Below the pieces are notes generated by a model. It had not been told where the DNA came from and searched no databases. It worked only from the letters and a program-made list of their open reading frames with translations. From positions 17,209 through 81,208 of the forward strand of contig CAWGVG010000007.1 of assembly GCA_963825865.1 (NCBI GenBank): DNA of 64,000 nt. Direction: 5' to 3'. The DNA is from an uncultured Nitrososphaeraceae archaeon. GTDB lineage: Archaea > Thermoproteota > Nitrososphaeria > Nitrososphaerales > Nitrososphaeraceae. The translations under genes and the position numbers were made by a program. The first letter of the stretch is position 1. Each line of letters begins with the position of its first letter. Below, one piece after another: positions 34,436 to 47,117 of this stretch.

Positions 34436-35240
34436 TCATAATGATCTTCTGATAAACAAACTTTTGTCATACTTTGTCTTATGACACTTGCGACAATGTA
34501 GAATTTTATTATTGCTTTTAGTTGACCATGACTTGTCTAAAGGTGGCTCATAGACATGTTTACAAAGTTCTTGTTGTTTTGAGCGATCAGACATATATTC
34601 CCATTTGCTCTTTTCTCGAGCAACTACTCTCGGTACTTGAGATCTAATCTTTTCCAATTTATCACTTATGCTAGGATATGATTTAGAAAAGTCTGCCATC
34701 AATTCAGAGATAAATTCTTCTTTGAGTGTATAAAGCGGTCTGTCGTAACCAAAACTCATAAAATCTAATCCGGCTTTATCCAAAGTTATAGAACCATCAT
34801 CATTAACATTACCATACTGACTTTCCAGATGAACGGATATAGCATCTTTGAAAAGAGGCAATAAAGCAGGTCGTAAAGATGACATTGCATCATCAATCCA
34901 TCTTTGGACATTTAGATCCTTTTGTTCATCGTTTTTTGTATCGCCCATAATCCTATTAAATGGATTCATTGCTTGAATTATCAAATAAGTGATAATAGCC
35001 CCTAATTTGTTAGAGAACATAAACAACACATTTACTGAAAACATCTGCAGTTATGGTCGTACCTCTATAGGCTTTAGTAGCTGGATAATACTTTCCCTGT
35101 TTGCCCTTTCCTCTTTTGATCAGTCCTTTTCTCATCAATCTTTTCGTATAAGAGGTAAGATTCTTTCTATCAATTCCTATTATTTGTGCCAATTGTAAAT
35201 GAGCTATTCCACTATCGCCATGACCAATTATTACTTTCAT
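34436..35240 (-). CDS. Winged-HTH protein, frameshifted
   Basis: GIAHLQLAQIIGIDRKNLTSYTKRLMRKGLIKR followed by ORF 34436..35044 ending in C.H...CRKCH. Confidence 0.6.
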
Positions 35241-35415
35241 AATTTTTTCTTTTTTTTTCTCACATATTCTTCATGTGGAAGAAGATCATCCAAAGTGTCC
35301 TGACCATATTCTATCGTCCTTTTCTCTTCAAACCAGTCGTCGTTGTACAAATGGAACGTCAAATGGGGTAGTGGGCCCCTTATTATATAGTCTTGTATTA
35401 CGAATAAAATAAGAT

Positions 35416-35583
35416 ATGACTGAAAGAATAGAGATACGCAGAGTACAAGCATGTAGGGGGGAAAGGAGCCTTACCATAGTTCTTCCAAAGCTTTTCTCAG
35501 AAAAGCTGAAGATTGAAAAAGGCGATTTTTTAAAAGTACACCTGGAAGATAAGAGGTTGATAGTCGAGAAGGCTGACGTATAA
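35416..35583 (+). CDS. AbrB/MazE/SpoVT family DNA-binding protein (55 aa, below ORF-track cutoff)
   Basis: MTERIEIRRVQACRGERSLTIVLPKLFSEKLKIEKGDFLKVHLEDKRLIVEKADV. Confidence 0.85.
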   Translation: MTERIEIRRVQACRGERSLTIVLPKLFSEKLKIEKGDFLKVHLEDKRLIVEKADV

Positions 35584-35631
35584 TCAGGGTTCCTGTTACG
35601 AAATACACCAAATGAATGGAGCACAAGACCA

Positions 35632-36293
35632 ATGAGCGAATACACTGACCTTTTGAAAGAAATAGTACAAAAGCAGCGAATTTCTACCGATCAACTGCTA
35701 AGGAATACATTCCAAAGATGGACCAGGCACTCCGAACTGAAAATCCAAATCTTACACCAGAACGTTCGAGAGATAGAATTGAAAAAGACTGCATTAGTAT
35801 ATGGAGCAAAAGAACAATACTAGATGCTTTGCCTGATGAAGCTAAAGATTTAGAGAAGCAAAAAGCTGGCCAATTAAGCCAAAAGGAGGCTAATTCTGCT
35901 GCCAGTCTCTCCGGCACCATTGTCTACAGAGAAGAAACGAGAAGAAATTGTGATTGATACAGAAGGAAGATCGATTGAAGATAGCGTACCATTATCACCA
36001 CCATCCTCAGCACCATTAAACACGACGACTTTGATTTCTACTATTGACGATCCTTTACCATCATCTGACAATAATGGCAGTATATCACAAAATGACGATG
36101 ACGATGTTTGGCACTTAGCTTTCCATTAGAATATGTCTTAGATGTTGTGTTTCCGTTCCTATTTGGAAAAGATAGTAGAGAATACTCGATTTGCTTTGAG
36201 GGTGTATTTGATAGACGAACTCGTAAAGTCATTTCTGCTACTTTAGCAGGAAGAATACCACCGCGACCACAACAACAAAGTACAGTCAAGTAA
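35632..36293 (+). CDS. Hypothetical protein, frameshifted
   Basis: Colinear ORFs 35632..36293 including RDRIEKDCISIWSKRTILDALPDEAK. Confidence 0.5.
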
Positions 36294-36309
36294 AGGAGAT
36301 TATAGCAAT

Positions 36310-37087
36310 ATGATACAATTTCATGGATTTCTAAGACCCTATTTGGAATAAAGAAATGTCCAATAATAGTAGCAGTTTCAGACATCGCAAAAGAACTTGA
36401 TGAAAGCAAATCACTTATATCATAGACGAGATGTATTCAAATTACTTGAGCTAACACAGGCTGGTAAAAACTTTCGACCAGTACTCAAATACCAATAACC
36501 GTTCAACTAACAATCCAATCTGTAAGTTAGAGAACATTAGGTTTAAAGCTCTTGTATACAAAATGCCACCACCAGAGTCTTTAGATTGGAAGAAAACTCA
36601 AATGAACAACTGGGCTCAATATGGTTCCAAGGTAGACAACATCATAATACATCTAAACAGTGGAAAAGAACCAACTATTGAGTTCATTCCTTCTGCAGTT
36701 GACGGTGATGATCCATACGAACTACGTGACATGGTGCTATATGACTGTATTAAAGCAGCCGAAAAATTACAAGAGACTCTTGGAATTGAAATTGGTAGAC
36801 TTGAGCAATCTTCACGTCCAGAATACGTTGTATATGATCCTGTTGCTAAAGCATTTTCTAAATATACAGGCCAAGTAAATGTGAAAGGTGTTGGAAAGAT
36901 CAACGCTTCTAGTCCCAGACATATAGGCGAGTTTGAGTTTCATGATCCAACAGCTGCAGCTGAGTATATGGCTATGCCTAAACGTTTGTCAAATGTCGTC
37001 AAAAAAATATTGGCTTTGCTTACAGAGGAGAAACGAACAGCTCAAAATGGACTCGCAACGAGCGTCAAGAGGGTTGAATTAAAGTAG
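36310..37087 (+). CDS. HTH-containing hypothetical protein, candidate replication initiator
   Basis: VSDIAKEL..S HTH-like remnant at ~36375; ORF 36563..37087; same position as the replication module of element 1. Confidence 0.4.
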
Positions 37088-37159
37088 ATGAAAGAACGAA
37101 AAATAGATAAGTGTAACGTAACTCAAAATCCCGTCTTTCATAGTCTTAAAGAAAGGCCA

Positions 37160-37402
37160 TGCGGCATAATTGTTTCCATGTTAGAACAACCAAACTCAGA
37201 GCTAATGGACCAATATGGCATCAAGGCAATATTTCAGTTCACACAAGCAGATAGGGAACGGTTGACTAAATTGGCACAATGGGTGGATCAAAATAATATA
37301 AGGGTAAATGTAGAGAAGACGTTTTCATTAGATGAGGCTGGTAAGGCGCTTGATTACCAAAAAGACGTACATCCAAGAGGTAAAGTCGTCTTAGCAGTGT
37401 GA
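37160..37402 (+). pseudogene. Zinc-type alcohol dehydrogenase/quinone oxidoreductase C-terminal fragment
   Basis: VEKTFSLDEAGKALDYQKDVHPRGKVVL. Confidence 0.7.
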
Positions 37403-37455
37403 GAGAAATAAATTATGTAAGAACAATTATGTAAACACTTGACGCCTCGACTCCT

Positions 37456-37885
37456 TTACCGGCTATAGAAGCGTTCAGAATGATTGAACCGTGAACCGCC
37501 GTCCTGAAATAGCGAAAGTGCTTTTTGCACAGTGAACAGCCCTTTGACGTTGATCCCTAACGTTTTGTCAAAGTGCGCTTCGGTAATCGCCCCCAATGGA
37601 ACTAATTCTCCAACGCCGGCGTTTGCAAACAGAATGTCGATGCGGCCCTTCTGCGCCTTCACGGTGGCATACAACCGGTCAAGATCTGCCAGATTTGAGA
37701 CGTCACCCTGAACACCACTGACTATTTTTGCCGATCTGCTTGACTGCCGCATCAAGTTCGCTTTGGCGGCGGCCGGTGATGAAAACATATGCGCCATCTT
37801 CTGAGACGAACCGCTGTGCCGTGGCGAGGCCTATTCCGCTGCTTCCGCCTGTGATGACTGTGACTTTTCCTTCAAGCTTTTTCAT
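37456..37885 (-). pseudogene. Short-chain dehydrogenase, truncated, GC-rich
   Basis: [33 protein letters not shown]. Confidence 0.8.
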
Positions 37886-38293
37886 GATTTTTTACTCATG
37901 TTGGTAGGCTTTAAGTTTGCAAGAGTTAGTTGAGAGAGATATTTATGCTGCTATGATTAGCGACGTAGAGCATGTGCCGATGATTCGGGACGAGCTGCAT
38001 TATCTATAACTTTTAAATTCTCTAAACCAGGCTTTTCGAAAATAGCTGCCTTCATAAAAAAATGCATAGTATTTTGTGGTTTGTCATGTATATCTACCAC
38101 TGCTCTGTATACCCAAAGTAGTTGCTAGCCTCATTTTTACACTATCGTTTCTATGGGATTATAGAAAAATGGTAATACATCTTTTTTTCATGAATTCAAG
38201 ATTATCGAAAAATAACTTTATAAAAACAACAATGGGCTTGAGTGTAAGCTTTTTCTGATACGAATAACATATTAGAAGATAGTCGACTTAGGT

Positions 38294-40150
38294 GTGTTAA
38301 GAAAAAGAACGACATCTAATATTCTCTCAAAGAGGAATGTTTCTATTCTTATCATTATAGGAGCTGTTGCTTTATTGCTATCGGTCTTTTCATACCATTA
38401 TTCTTCTTTTACATCCAATAAAATAATTGATGTTGCTTTGCAAGAAATAAGATCAAATGCCAGAATTGAAGTGCATGACCTTTCACAAATTTTAACAAAC
38501 AAGTTACAAAGTACCGGGGCTCTTTTGCAAACACTTGCAGACTCTCCTGCCATACACAATAATGAATATAAAAGAGCAGATATTATTATCAATACTAGAC
38601 AAAAGGCAACAAGTGGTCTAACAGACTTTTACATGTGGCTTGATAAAAATGGTAAAATAAATTGGTTGAGCAATATCAACCAAACCACATATCAAAAAGT
38701 AACAGTGGAAGATATTTAAGCTACAGACCCTATTTTACTACACCCAAAGAGACTCATACAGAATATTATAGTAGTTTGATAGAATCAAACGATAAAGTTC
38801 CAAGGTTATACATATCTTATCCCGTACTCAATATGACAACAACAGGGAAAGGAGAACAACAAGTATTTAGTGGTGTAGTAGTTGCAGCAATTAAACTTCA
38901 AACTTTAGGAAATGTGTTGCAAAATCAATTATTTCCAGGATTTAACACCACTATAGAATTGTTAGATAGAAATGGAATAATACTCTATAGTAATACTCCT
39001 TCATTTATTGGCCCTTCATTTATTGGCCAGAACGTTTTTGGAAACAAAATGCAATCTGTATTCTCTTCCTTTTTATCTCCTCAGGCTAAGAATTCATTAA
39101 ATAACCTATTGGGGATTTCATTAGAAGGCAACACAGGTTCAGCGGATATCCTTGTTCAAGGCGAAATGAATACCATAGCTTATGAACCAGTTATACTTAA
39201 TGGCAAATATTTTTTAGCATTGTATATTAGTGCCCCGCATAACCTTGCAAGCGACGTAGGAAACTTAGTTGATCAACAAAAGAACTTTAGCATGTTTATA
39301 GTAATAATGATAGGCCTATTAGCATTTGGTATTGCACTTTTAGTTCTGTTATGGAATAAAAGATTAGAATCTACAGTAAATACAAGAACTGCAGAATTGA
39401 GAAGTGCTAATGAGCAATTAAAAGTTCATGCTAAAATGCAAAAGGAGTTTATCAATATAGCAGACTCATGAATTAAGAACTCCTATTCAACCCGTTCTTA
39501 GCCTAACTCAAATTATACGCTCTAAAATAAAAGACGTCGAGCAAGGCGAGTTACTAGATGTAGTAATCAGAAATGCAAAAAGACTACACCAACTTGCTGA
39601 AGACATACTAGATATCACAAGGATTGAAAGCCAGTCACTAAAACTAAACAAGGAGCGATTCAACTTAAATGATTTGATATCAAATGTTATGCAAGACTAT
39701 AGAAATCAGGTTGAAAAAGATCATGATAATATTAGCTTGCTATACGAATCTAAGAATGACATCATTTTTTTTGTAGAAGCAGACAGGCATAGGGTTACAC
39801 AAGTTATTTCCAATCTTCTAAACAATGCTATTAAATTCATTAAAGAGGAAGGAAAAGAAGGAGAAGGAGGAACTGTATCTGTTACCTTACAAAAGAAGAA
39901 AGAAGAAGATAATCAACAACAAGTCCTTGTTAGTGTAAAGGATAGTGGTACTGGCATACATAGTGATATTATACCAAGGCTATTTTCAAAATTTGCGACA
40001 AAATCTGAAAAAGGAACAGGATTGGGTTTGTTTATCTCTAAAAGTATTGTAGAAGCTCATGGGGGGAAGATATGGGCTGAAAATAATGTTTCTGATGGCA
40101 GTGCAGAAAAAGGAGCTACCTTTACGTTCAGCCTCCCGAACCCGAATTAG
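38294..40150 (+). CDS. Sensor histidine kinase with extracellular Cache-like domain, frameshifted
   Basis: Two TM segments; H-box EFINIA/HELRTP, N-box QVISNLLNNAIKF, DSGTGI, GTGLGL. Confidence 0.9.
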
Positions 40151-40210
40151 AAAAAGAAAAACATAAAGTTGATGATGCTGTTATTGTAAATAAGAAACAC
40201 GATAATAACA

Positions 40211-40358
40211 ATGACATTCAAAGACCTGAAGAAGAGAATAGGCAGAAGCTCTAATCAACAACAAACACAGTCTTTTGACAAATTACAGGACAAGCCATTC
40301 TGGATTTGGAAACACTGAAGAGCATAAACAAGAAGATATCAGGACAAGAGGAAAGTGA
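40211..40358 (+). pseudogene. N-terminal fragment probably from the same terminase-large-subunit family as 18427..18900
   Basis: MTFKDLKKRI...FDKLQDKPFWIW..EEHKQEDIRTRG (family recalled, not searched). Confidence 0.4.
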
Positions 40359-40584
40359 TGGTCTATTTACTACAATAAGTCAGCGATCGGATTGATTGAT
40401 TTACCAAAAATCATCTGCTACAGTGAAAGGCAATCAACTTCAGCATAGTTCGGAACACTTTGTACACATGAAAAAACCAATGTAGTCATAATTGAATAAA
40501 TGAGGCAACAGCCGCATTTTACTGGATAAACGATAAATAGAAAACTACTGTATCAAGGTTAATCATGAAGGATGATGACTGTTT

Positions 40585-41196
40585 GTGAACCAAAAATCTT
40601 CAGCTGCTACAGGAACAGTAGTATCCTTATGGCGATATCCAGTAAAGTCAATGTTGTGCGAGGAGCTCAATTCTTCATACGTAACTGAACGCGGACTCAT
40701 AGGGGATCGCACATACGCGGTGATAGACAAGCAAACTGGCAAAGTGGCTAGTGCTAAGAACCCTAGAAAATGGGGCAAGTTATTTGACTTTCGTTCTATG
40801 TTTATAGACTCACTACATGATGTAAATGACATTCCACCAGTCAGGATTACTTTCCCAGACGGCAGTAACGTTTCTTCTGATCATCAGGAGGATGATATGG
40901 ATTCTAGTTTGTCAAAGGTTTTCGATAGAGAAGTTAGGCTCATGAAAGCTAGTAGTTTTGAAAAGCCAAGCTATGAGGAGTACTGGCCTAATGTAGATGG
41001 CCTAGCACAAAGAGAGAAGGTCACAGACGAAGCTATGCCTCCCCAGACTTTCTTTGATATTGCTGTAATCCACATCTTGACTACATCTACAATCAACCGT
41101 CTGCGAGAACTCTATCCAGAGGGGCGATTTGAGGTTCGACGATTTAGGCCAAATATAGTGGTAGAGTCAGCTTCTGGAGAGAAGATTCATGGGTAG
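40585..41196 (+). CDS. MOSC domain protein, C-terminally truncated
   Basis: LWRYPVKSM, GLIGDR.YA, RRFRPNIVV. Confidence 0.85.
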   Translation: MNQKSSAATGTVVSLWRYPVKSMLCEELNSSYVTERGLIGDRTYAVIDKQTGKVASAKNPRKWGKLFDFRSMFIDSLHDVNDIPPVRITFPDGSNVSSDHQEDDMDSSLSKVFDREVRLMKASSFEKPSYEEYWPNVDGLAQREKVTDEAMPPQTFFDIAVIHILTTSTINRLRELYPEGRFEVRRFRPNIVVESASGEKIHG

Positions 41197-41619
41197 GAAA
41201 AAAGATAACAATAGGTGAATGTATTGTACTAAAGTCTGGCTTGAATGATAGCCATATAATTCTTCTACAAGCTCGCTAAGTTGGGTATCTAATTCGTAAT
41301 CCTTTTTTCTAAAGAGCAGAAACATGACATCGCCATCTCCATAACTCAGATCCAAAGTGTTAGTAACTATACAATAACTGAACTAGATTTCTCAAGTCTT
41401 CCTTTTTTTCTTAGATAATGTTACGCGGTCTGAGCAGAGTTAAAATTATAAGATTTGGATGTCCCTTAAATTCCTGCATTTTCTTTAGCTCCTCTTTATG
41501 ATATCTTGACTCAAAAGTTCAGCAGACGAAGTTAGCGTATTTGTTGCTTATCCTCCTAATATCACAAGACTTAGTTGATGATAAAAACCTAAATTGCCTA
41601 CAGACACAACCAACTCATT

Positions 41620-42036
41620 GTGAAGTTCAGAAAGATAGTTGAAACATGTATTTACTCTTCTGATTTAGAGACTATGAAGGATTTTTATGTTAATAAGATT
41701 GGACTTGAATTCATCTCAGAAGAAAAAGGAAGACATGTTTTCCTAAAGGCTGGCAAGAGTATGCTTCTAATTTTTAATCCTGAAATTACAAGAGTTGAAG
41801 GAAATAGCAGATTTCCTATTCATGGCGCAGTAACTCCTCCTGGATGTATTCATCTTGCTTTAGAGATAGAAAAAAATGATTACGACAATTCAAAAAATAT
41901 GCTGACACAAAATTATACTGCTATTGAAAAAGAGATAGTATGGGGCAACGGAAATGGGTCAATTTACTTTAGAGACCCTGCAGGCAATCTTGTAGAATTT
42001 GTAACTAAAGGAAACTGGCCAGTAGAAGATGGGTAA
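41620..42036 (+). CDS. VOC/glyoxalase family protein
   Basis: ETCIY, HLALEI, SIYFRDPAGNLVEF. Confidence 0.9.
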   Translation: MKFRKIVETCIYSSDLETMKDFYVNKIGLEFISEEKGRHVFLKAGKSMLLIFNPEITRVEGNSRFPIHGAVTPPGCIHLALEIEKNDYDNSKNMLTQNYTAIEKEIVWGNGNGSIYFRDPAGNLVEFVTKGNWPVEDG

Positions 42037-42130
42037 CAGATCTATGAAATAGTTAGTGTATCGGAGGATCATGTGAGATGATCTGAGAAGTTAAAAGTTA
42101 CACAGAAAGCTGGTCTAGAAAGGTGTATAC

Positions 42131-42607
42131 TTGTACAGGCCTACCAATGTTGGAATGATCCTTCTGATTATCAGATATGCTATAGGTAAGAGTATCATAT
42201 TATTGCAAAAAGAGAGAGACAATTACCTTAGAAAGGATTTGATGATCCTAGAGCATTTTAAATATCCTGAAATATTCATAAGAAAGACAAAGAAAGCTTA
42301 CATTAGCATAGTAACAAATTCAACATTAGAACTGGCAAAACAATCAGCCGCGTGTGGTTATAATGCTCTCAGATTGACAGTAAAAAGAAAGGGTTTGGAG
42401 ATGAATATGGCTTTTTGTAGAAAGATATTTGCTACTTGTTTGAGAAATAATGGCATTGAACAAGAGATTATAGACTTACTTCAAGGTAGAACTCCGAAAT
42501 CTGTATTTGCAAGGTATTATTACAGGCCTAATTTTGATTATGACAAAATTAGAGATGTAGTAAATTCCTTACATGATAAAATCTGCGATATTAAACCAAC
42601 TAAATAA
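42131..42607 (+). pseudogene. Integrase C-terminal fragment (SSV-like archaeal tyrosine recombinase)
   Basis: CRKIFAT.LR..GIEQEIIDLLQGRTPKSVFARYY. Confidence 0.75.
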
Positions 42608-42651
42608 TACTCGATGTATCTATGCGATTTTAGTTGTATAGGATAAGTTCA

Positions 42652-42830
42652 TTATTTATTAAGCATTTGTACATTCCCAGCCTTTTTCTTTCTAAGTATC
42701 TCCTTACCTTCTCTATTACTTGGTTTTAGCCTTAGCTGTATACCACAACATGGACAAAAATCCATCATGATATAAGTAAACTTCACATATTCTACAATAC
42801 TTTTTTGCCAGAGAAGTAATAATGGCATAG
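42652..42830 (-). pseudogene. Small zinc-finger protein remnant
   Basis: KKYCRICEVY...CPCCGIQLRLKP read manually across a frameshift. Confidence 0.5.
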
Positions 42831-43818
42831 AATAAGAAACTGTTCGCCGGACTTTGACTATAACAAGGTTAGAGTTCTAATCAAAAAACTATTATCAATA
42901 ATGACGACCAAAGTTATTCTAATACGAACAAAATAAAATAAATTGATACATAATTACAAATCTACTACACAATTAATGAGGTTATATTTAATGCAGGAGA
43001 CTAACCTTTAACACAATGGCAGATGCAACAACCTAACTGTTTAATTTAAATTTTCGATTTCTTTATAAAACTCATTCATTCTATTCAAAGATTCCTTCTG
43101 ATAGTTTACTAAATCGATTATCCATTTATAAAACCATTCTCTAATATCTTTATCTTTTCGAAGGATTGATGACATCCTTGTTTTTGGGGATAATTTCATT
43201 GAACCTGGCATTATAGAATACAGATCAATTTCCTTATTTTTTGATGTCTTTGATTCTTTATCATTTGATATTGGCTCCTTTTCTATCCATACCCCTCGTC
43301 TTGCACAGAGCCAGTATTGTCGATGCATGCTGTGACACCTGTTGTTATTGCTGGTGCCGTTATCATGTTGTTGTGGTCGTTGGTGCCATAACTACCGCCA
43401 CCGCCATCACGACCCAGTATCTCATTCGATAGCCGTGGTGGTTGTTTTTATGGCGATTCTCCTGTTGTATCCTGTCCAAGCTCTGCGGTGTATCCGGCTG
43501 CTCAAATCTTGGCGTTGCCTGTGAGTTTATAGTTGGTGTCACCGGCGTTGATGTTGCAGTGTTTCCCGGCGAATTGGTCCTGCTGTCAGAGTTCGCAGAT
43601 GAGCCCGAGTTGGCGGTGTAACCCACGTGAATATCCTTTTCAATCCCGAAGCAGACAGGGTGTTTTGTATACTTAATGCCCCAGACAAAGATGCAGTTGA
43701 AAAAAAAATCATAAAAAAATAGGAATCAGATGTGAATGGATTATACACAGGCAGCTAGTGCTTAAGCTTGGCTGAAACATACAGGAATAAGAGCGATTGC
43801 TTTTATTATAGTCGATGG

Positions 43819-45201
43819 TTATGATTCCCGTGTCTCTTTCTTACCCTTTGAGTAGTAAAGTTCGTTTAATACATCATGTAAGATTTCTTTTACATTCTCC
43901 TCTTGCAAACGCTGCTCCTCCCAATGCAACTCCTCCTCTTTTTCTGATATTCTAGAACGTTTCTGCACAAACTTCACTTGATTTTCAAGTTCTTTTTCCA
44001 TTTGCGATACTCCTATGGCCTTGAGAAGTGCCAGCTGGCTTGATGCGCTTTTGTAAAATTCTTTTCTCAGCTCAGAATCTCTAGATATATTCTTAGCCGA
44101 GGTAAAAATACCAACAAAAAGCAGGTATGCACCTAGCGGTATAAATGCCTGTGTTATAAAGCCATATGGCGGATAGACGTGATATTGTAATGGTGATATT
44201 TCAAAGGTGCCAAAGAGGATGGCCATGCCAATGGAGGAGATAAGAAGGGATTTACGAATTCTATCATCATAAACTAGTGTAGATGCAGTCCAAAAAGCCA
44301 GGCTGAATAATAGCGCTCCAACTTGCTTTGTAGCGCTAAAAATTAGAATGTAAATTATGCTATATGAGACAGGAGAGGACTGCAATAAAGAAAATAATAC
44401 ATCTCCAAAATAACCCTGTAAAGGAAAAATATAGTATATCAGAGGTATGCTCATAAGTGAAAAGTATTTTATTTTACCCATCTTGTGTCGATACTGGCTC
44501 AGAAATATCGCTGTAGCTACCCACATAAGTAAGAATGAAGACAGAGAGAGAGCGTCAAATGCTATGGATAACGATTCAGTAAATGGTAACCCACCAAAGT
44601 TTGTTACATATGAAGTAATTGGATATGATTTTACATCGGGTAACGATGCACTGGAAAGATAGGATTCAAGGTATACGAGTGATACCACAAGGTTGACTGA
44701 GGCAAGTGCAAAGGATATGGCATACAGCATGATCACATAATTCCTCTTTGAGGCTAATAACCAGCCTGCAAACAAAAAGAACAGGAACGATAGAAATATC
44801 AATGCTGAAATATGGCTGAGATACGTTTGGACCTGCAATAAAATAAGACTGTATTTGTTTAGAATGAGCATTTGAAAAATAATTATGAGTATGATGGCGA
44901 TAGTCAAGATTTGTGTAGCACTAATTATTCCATTAAAATATCTAAGACCTAGCGGTGGTGCTGGCTTGTATACATGTGTTGACATAATCTTTCTCACAGA
45001 ATTTAGCAATATTGTACTGCTTGCTACAAATATTATAGAAAAAATGACAAAAATTGCAACGTTTAACCAGGTCGGAGATTCGACTCCACTATATGAAGAA
45101 AAGTCCACAATAGTTGAATCAAAAACTACAACGGTTGTGAAAATCAATATAAAGATAAGTGAGGTCTTTTTACTCAGCGTTAAGGTGGCATAACTAATCA
45201 T
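43819..45201 (-). CDS. Polytopic membrane protein of unknown function with charged C-terminal tail
   Basis: Intact 460 aa ORF, roughly ten hydrophobic segments, YPPYG motif. Confidence 0.85.
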   Translation of the reverse strand: MISYATLTLSKKTSLIFILIFTTVVVFDSTIVDFSSYSGVESPTWLNVAIFVIFSIIFVASSTILLNSVRKIMSTHVYKPAPPLGLRYFNGIISATQILTIAIILIIIFQMLILNKYSLILLQVQTYLSHISALIFLSFLFFLFAGWLLASKRNYVIMLYAISFALASVNLVVSLVYLESYLSSASLPDVKSYPITSYVTNFGGLPFTESLSIAFDALSLSSFLLMWVATAIFLSQYRHKMGKIKYFSLMSIPLIYYIFPLQGYFGDVLFSLLQSSPVSYSIIYILIFSATKQVGALLFSLAFWTASTLVYDDRIRKSLLISSIGMAILFGTFEISPLQYHVYPPYGFITQAFIPLGAYLLFVGIFTSAKNISRDSELRKEFYKSASSQLALLKAIGVSQMEKELENQVKFVQKRSRISEKEEELHWEEQRLQEENVKEILHDVLNELYYSKGKKETRES

Positions 45202-45307
45202 TTTTTTACTTCACTTTATGAGATAGAAAGTATGTACACAAGCGTGTCTGTATGCTACTAGTTTAGGTTATCGAAAATAATAATAATATGAACATAAAAC
45301 CAAATCC

Positions 45308-46116
45308 ATGAATACCAATAGGATCCTTTGTACGATTAAGAAACGTAGTGGATCAACTTGTATCTTGGTTACATTTTTGCTTTTGTCAATTTTTTTCGCG
45401 TTTTCTGGACTGCACAGCGTATATGGAGTTGAATTGTTCTCAAAAGACGAAAAACCATTTGGCGTATCGTATGATGATTGGGTTGCTAAATATTGGAATT
45501 GGGACGTTTCATTGAATACAGATCAGTACAGACCAAAACCAGACGGATGCTTGATCAATAAATCAGATTCACTGGTTATGCTAATGGATACAACAGTGGA
45601 GGACTCCCCTCATCAGGTATGTAAGGTTTCGTCAAAGCAGGGTATCATATACCTCTGTGGATTGGAGATTGCGACACTGGAATTGATCTAATGCACATTC
45701 AGAATCCGAATGTCAATTTGGACCAACAATTAACGCAATGCGCAAGAGAAGTATACAATCTAGGAAATATAAGATCGGAGGCTAAGGTTGACGGCCTTCC
45801 TGTTGCTAAGCTTGACGTAAGAATGTCTTTGATATCCGGATCATTGGATTATAAGATAAATTCTCTAACAAACGTTACCGAATTTTACTCAAAGGGATTT
45901 AATCTTACGGTACCACCTGACACCCATGAAGCAGGTAGTAAGCCAGGAACATGGCGCTCAGGAAGTCAGGGATGGTGGGTCTTTTTGAAGCCACTCCCTC
46001 TTGGAGAACATACAATCTTTTACAATATTCGCGTCACTCCAACAGGTGCCCTCACTTCACCTGGTACTAATCCTCATTTTGCAGATATTACATACAAACT
46101 TCAGGTAGAAAAGTAA
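45308..46116 (+). CDS. Secreted Cys/Trp-containing protein, frameshift near 45650
   Basis: Signal peptide; [16 protein letters not shown]; [18 protein letters not shown]. Confidence 0.75.
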
Positions 46117-46343
46117 AAAGCGTCGTCGACATAATCCGTTATTGCGGCACATGCAAAATCGAAAAATAGCAACAAGCAATAGCCAATCAATCCCTATTAG
46201 TTAGTAAACAACTACTGTTAGCATATTCAAAACAATGTTACCAATAACCAGTAACACTATGAATATCTAAATAAGAGAAGCGAGCTCTTAGATATATCTG
46301 AACTTGCTCCTGCTTATTAATAGCTTTAATAATGTTAGCTCTA

Positions 46344-46740
46344 TTAATCCAATTCGGCACTTAGTCTTTTAATCAAATAATCTATTGAAACTGGCTTTTT
46401 GATAAAACATCCCATACTTACATTTGGATATACCTCTCTTAAAGCCTCAATATTAGATTCTCCTGCAGTCATAAAGCAAACCCTAACGTTGACATCTAAC
46501 TCTGATATCTTTTGACAAAACTCAAGACCATTCATATCAGGCATATTAATATCAATTAGCAGTAAATCGTAAAAGTTTGGCTTGAATTCTGATAATGCTG
46601 CTAAAGGGTTATTGTATGTGTATACTTGAAATCTTATTTTGTTTTCATTATCGTCCTCATAACCTTCATAATACGTTTCTAAACCTAACTTGTAGGTAAA
46701 AGTGGTATCAGCATTATCATCTACAATAAGGATTCTTTTG
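46344..46740 (-). CDS. Response regulator receiver protein
   Basis: KRILIVDD...YDLLLIDINMPDMNG...FMTA...FIKKP. Confidence 0.85.
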
Positions 46741-47117
46741 TAAAGTGGCTCCTTTGTTGTTTTTATATCGATAGTATTTGATTCGTGATTTTGTAGAGGA
46801 GGACAAACGGGAGAGGGGGTGAAAGATTGAGAATGGTAGTGCTGATTATTCTTATTATTATTAGAATCATAAAAATTGTCATTATCTGAGATTGGAGAGT
46901 AATAACAATCCTTTTTACCTTGTATAGTGGTTATGCATAGATTAGTTATTAATTGCCATCATCCCCATATTATTTTCTATATTTTACTAATCTAAGCCAA
47001 CATATATCAACTTATGTAAAGTTATAGTGACAAATCAGCAATAATAATTAGATTATCTAATAATATTCTGAGACTGAGGGGGGTCATCTGACTGAGGCTC
47101 CATTTATAAAAAAGCCA

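Larger units (their letters stand above)
33238..37087 (+). mobile_element. Second tRNA-integrated element; right boundary undefined
   Basis: Integrase immediately downstream of tRNA-Arg(GCG), followed by wHTH, AbrB and hypothetical genes. Confidence 0.65.
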
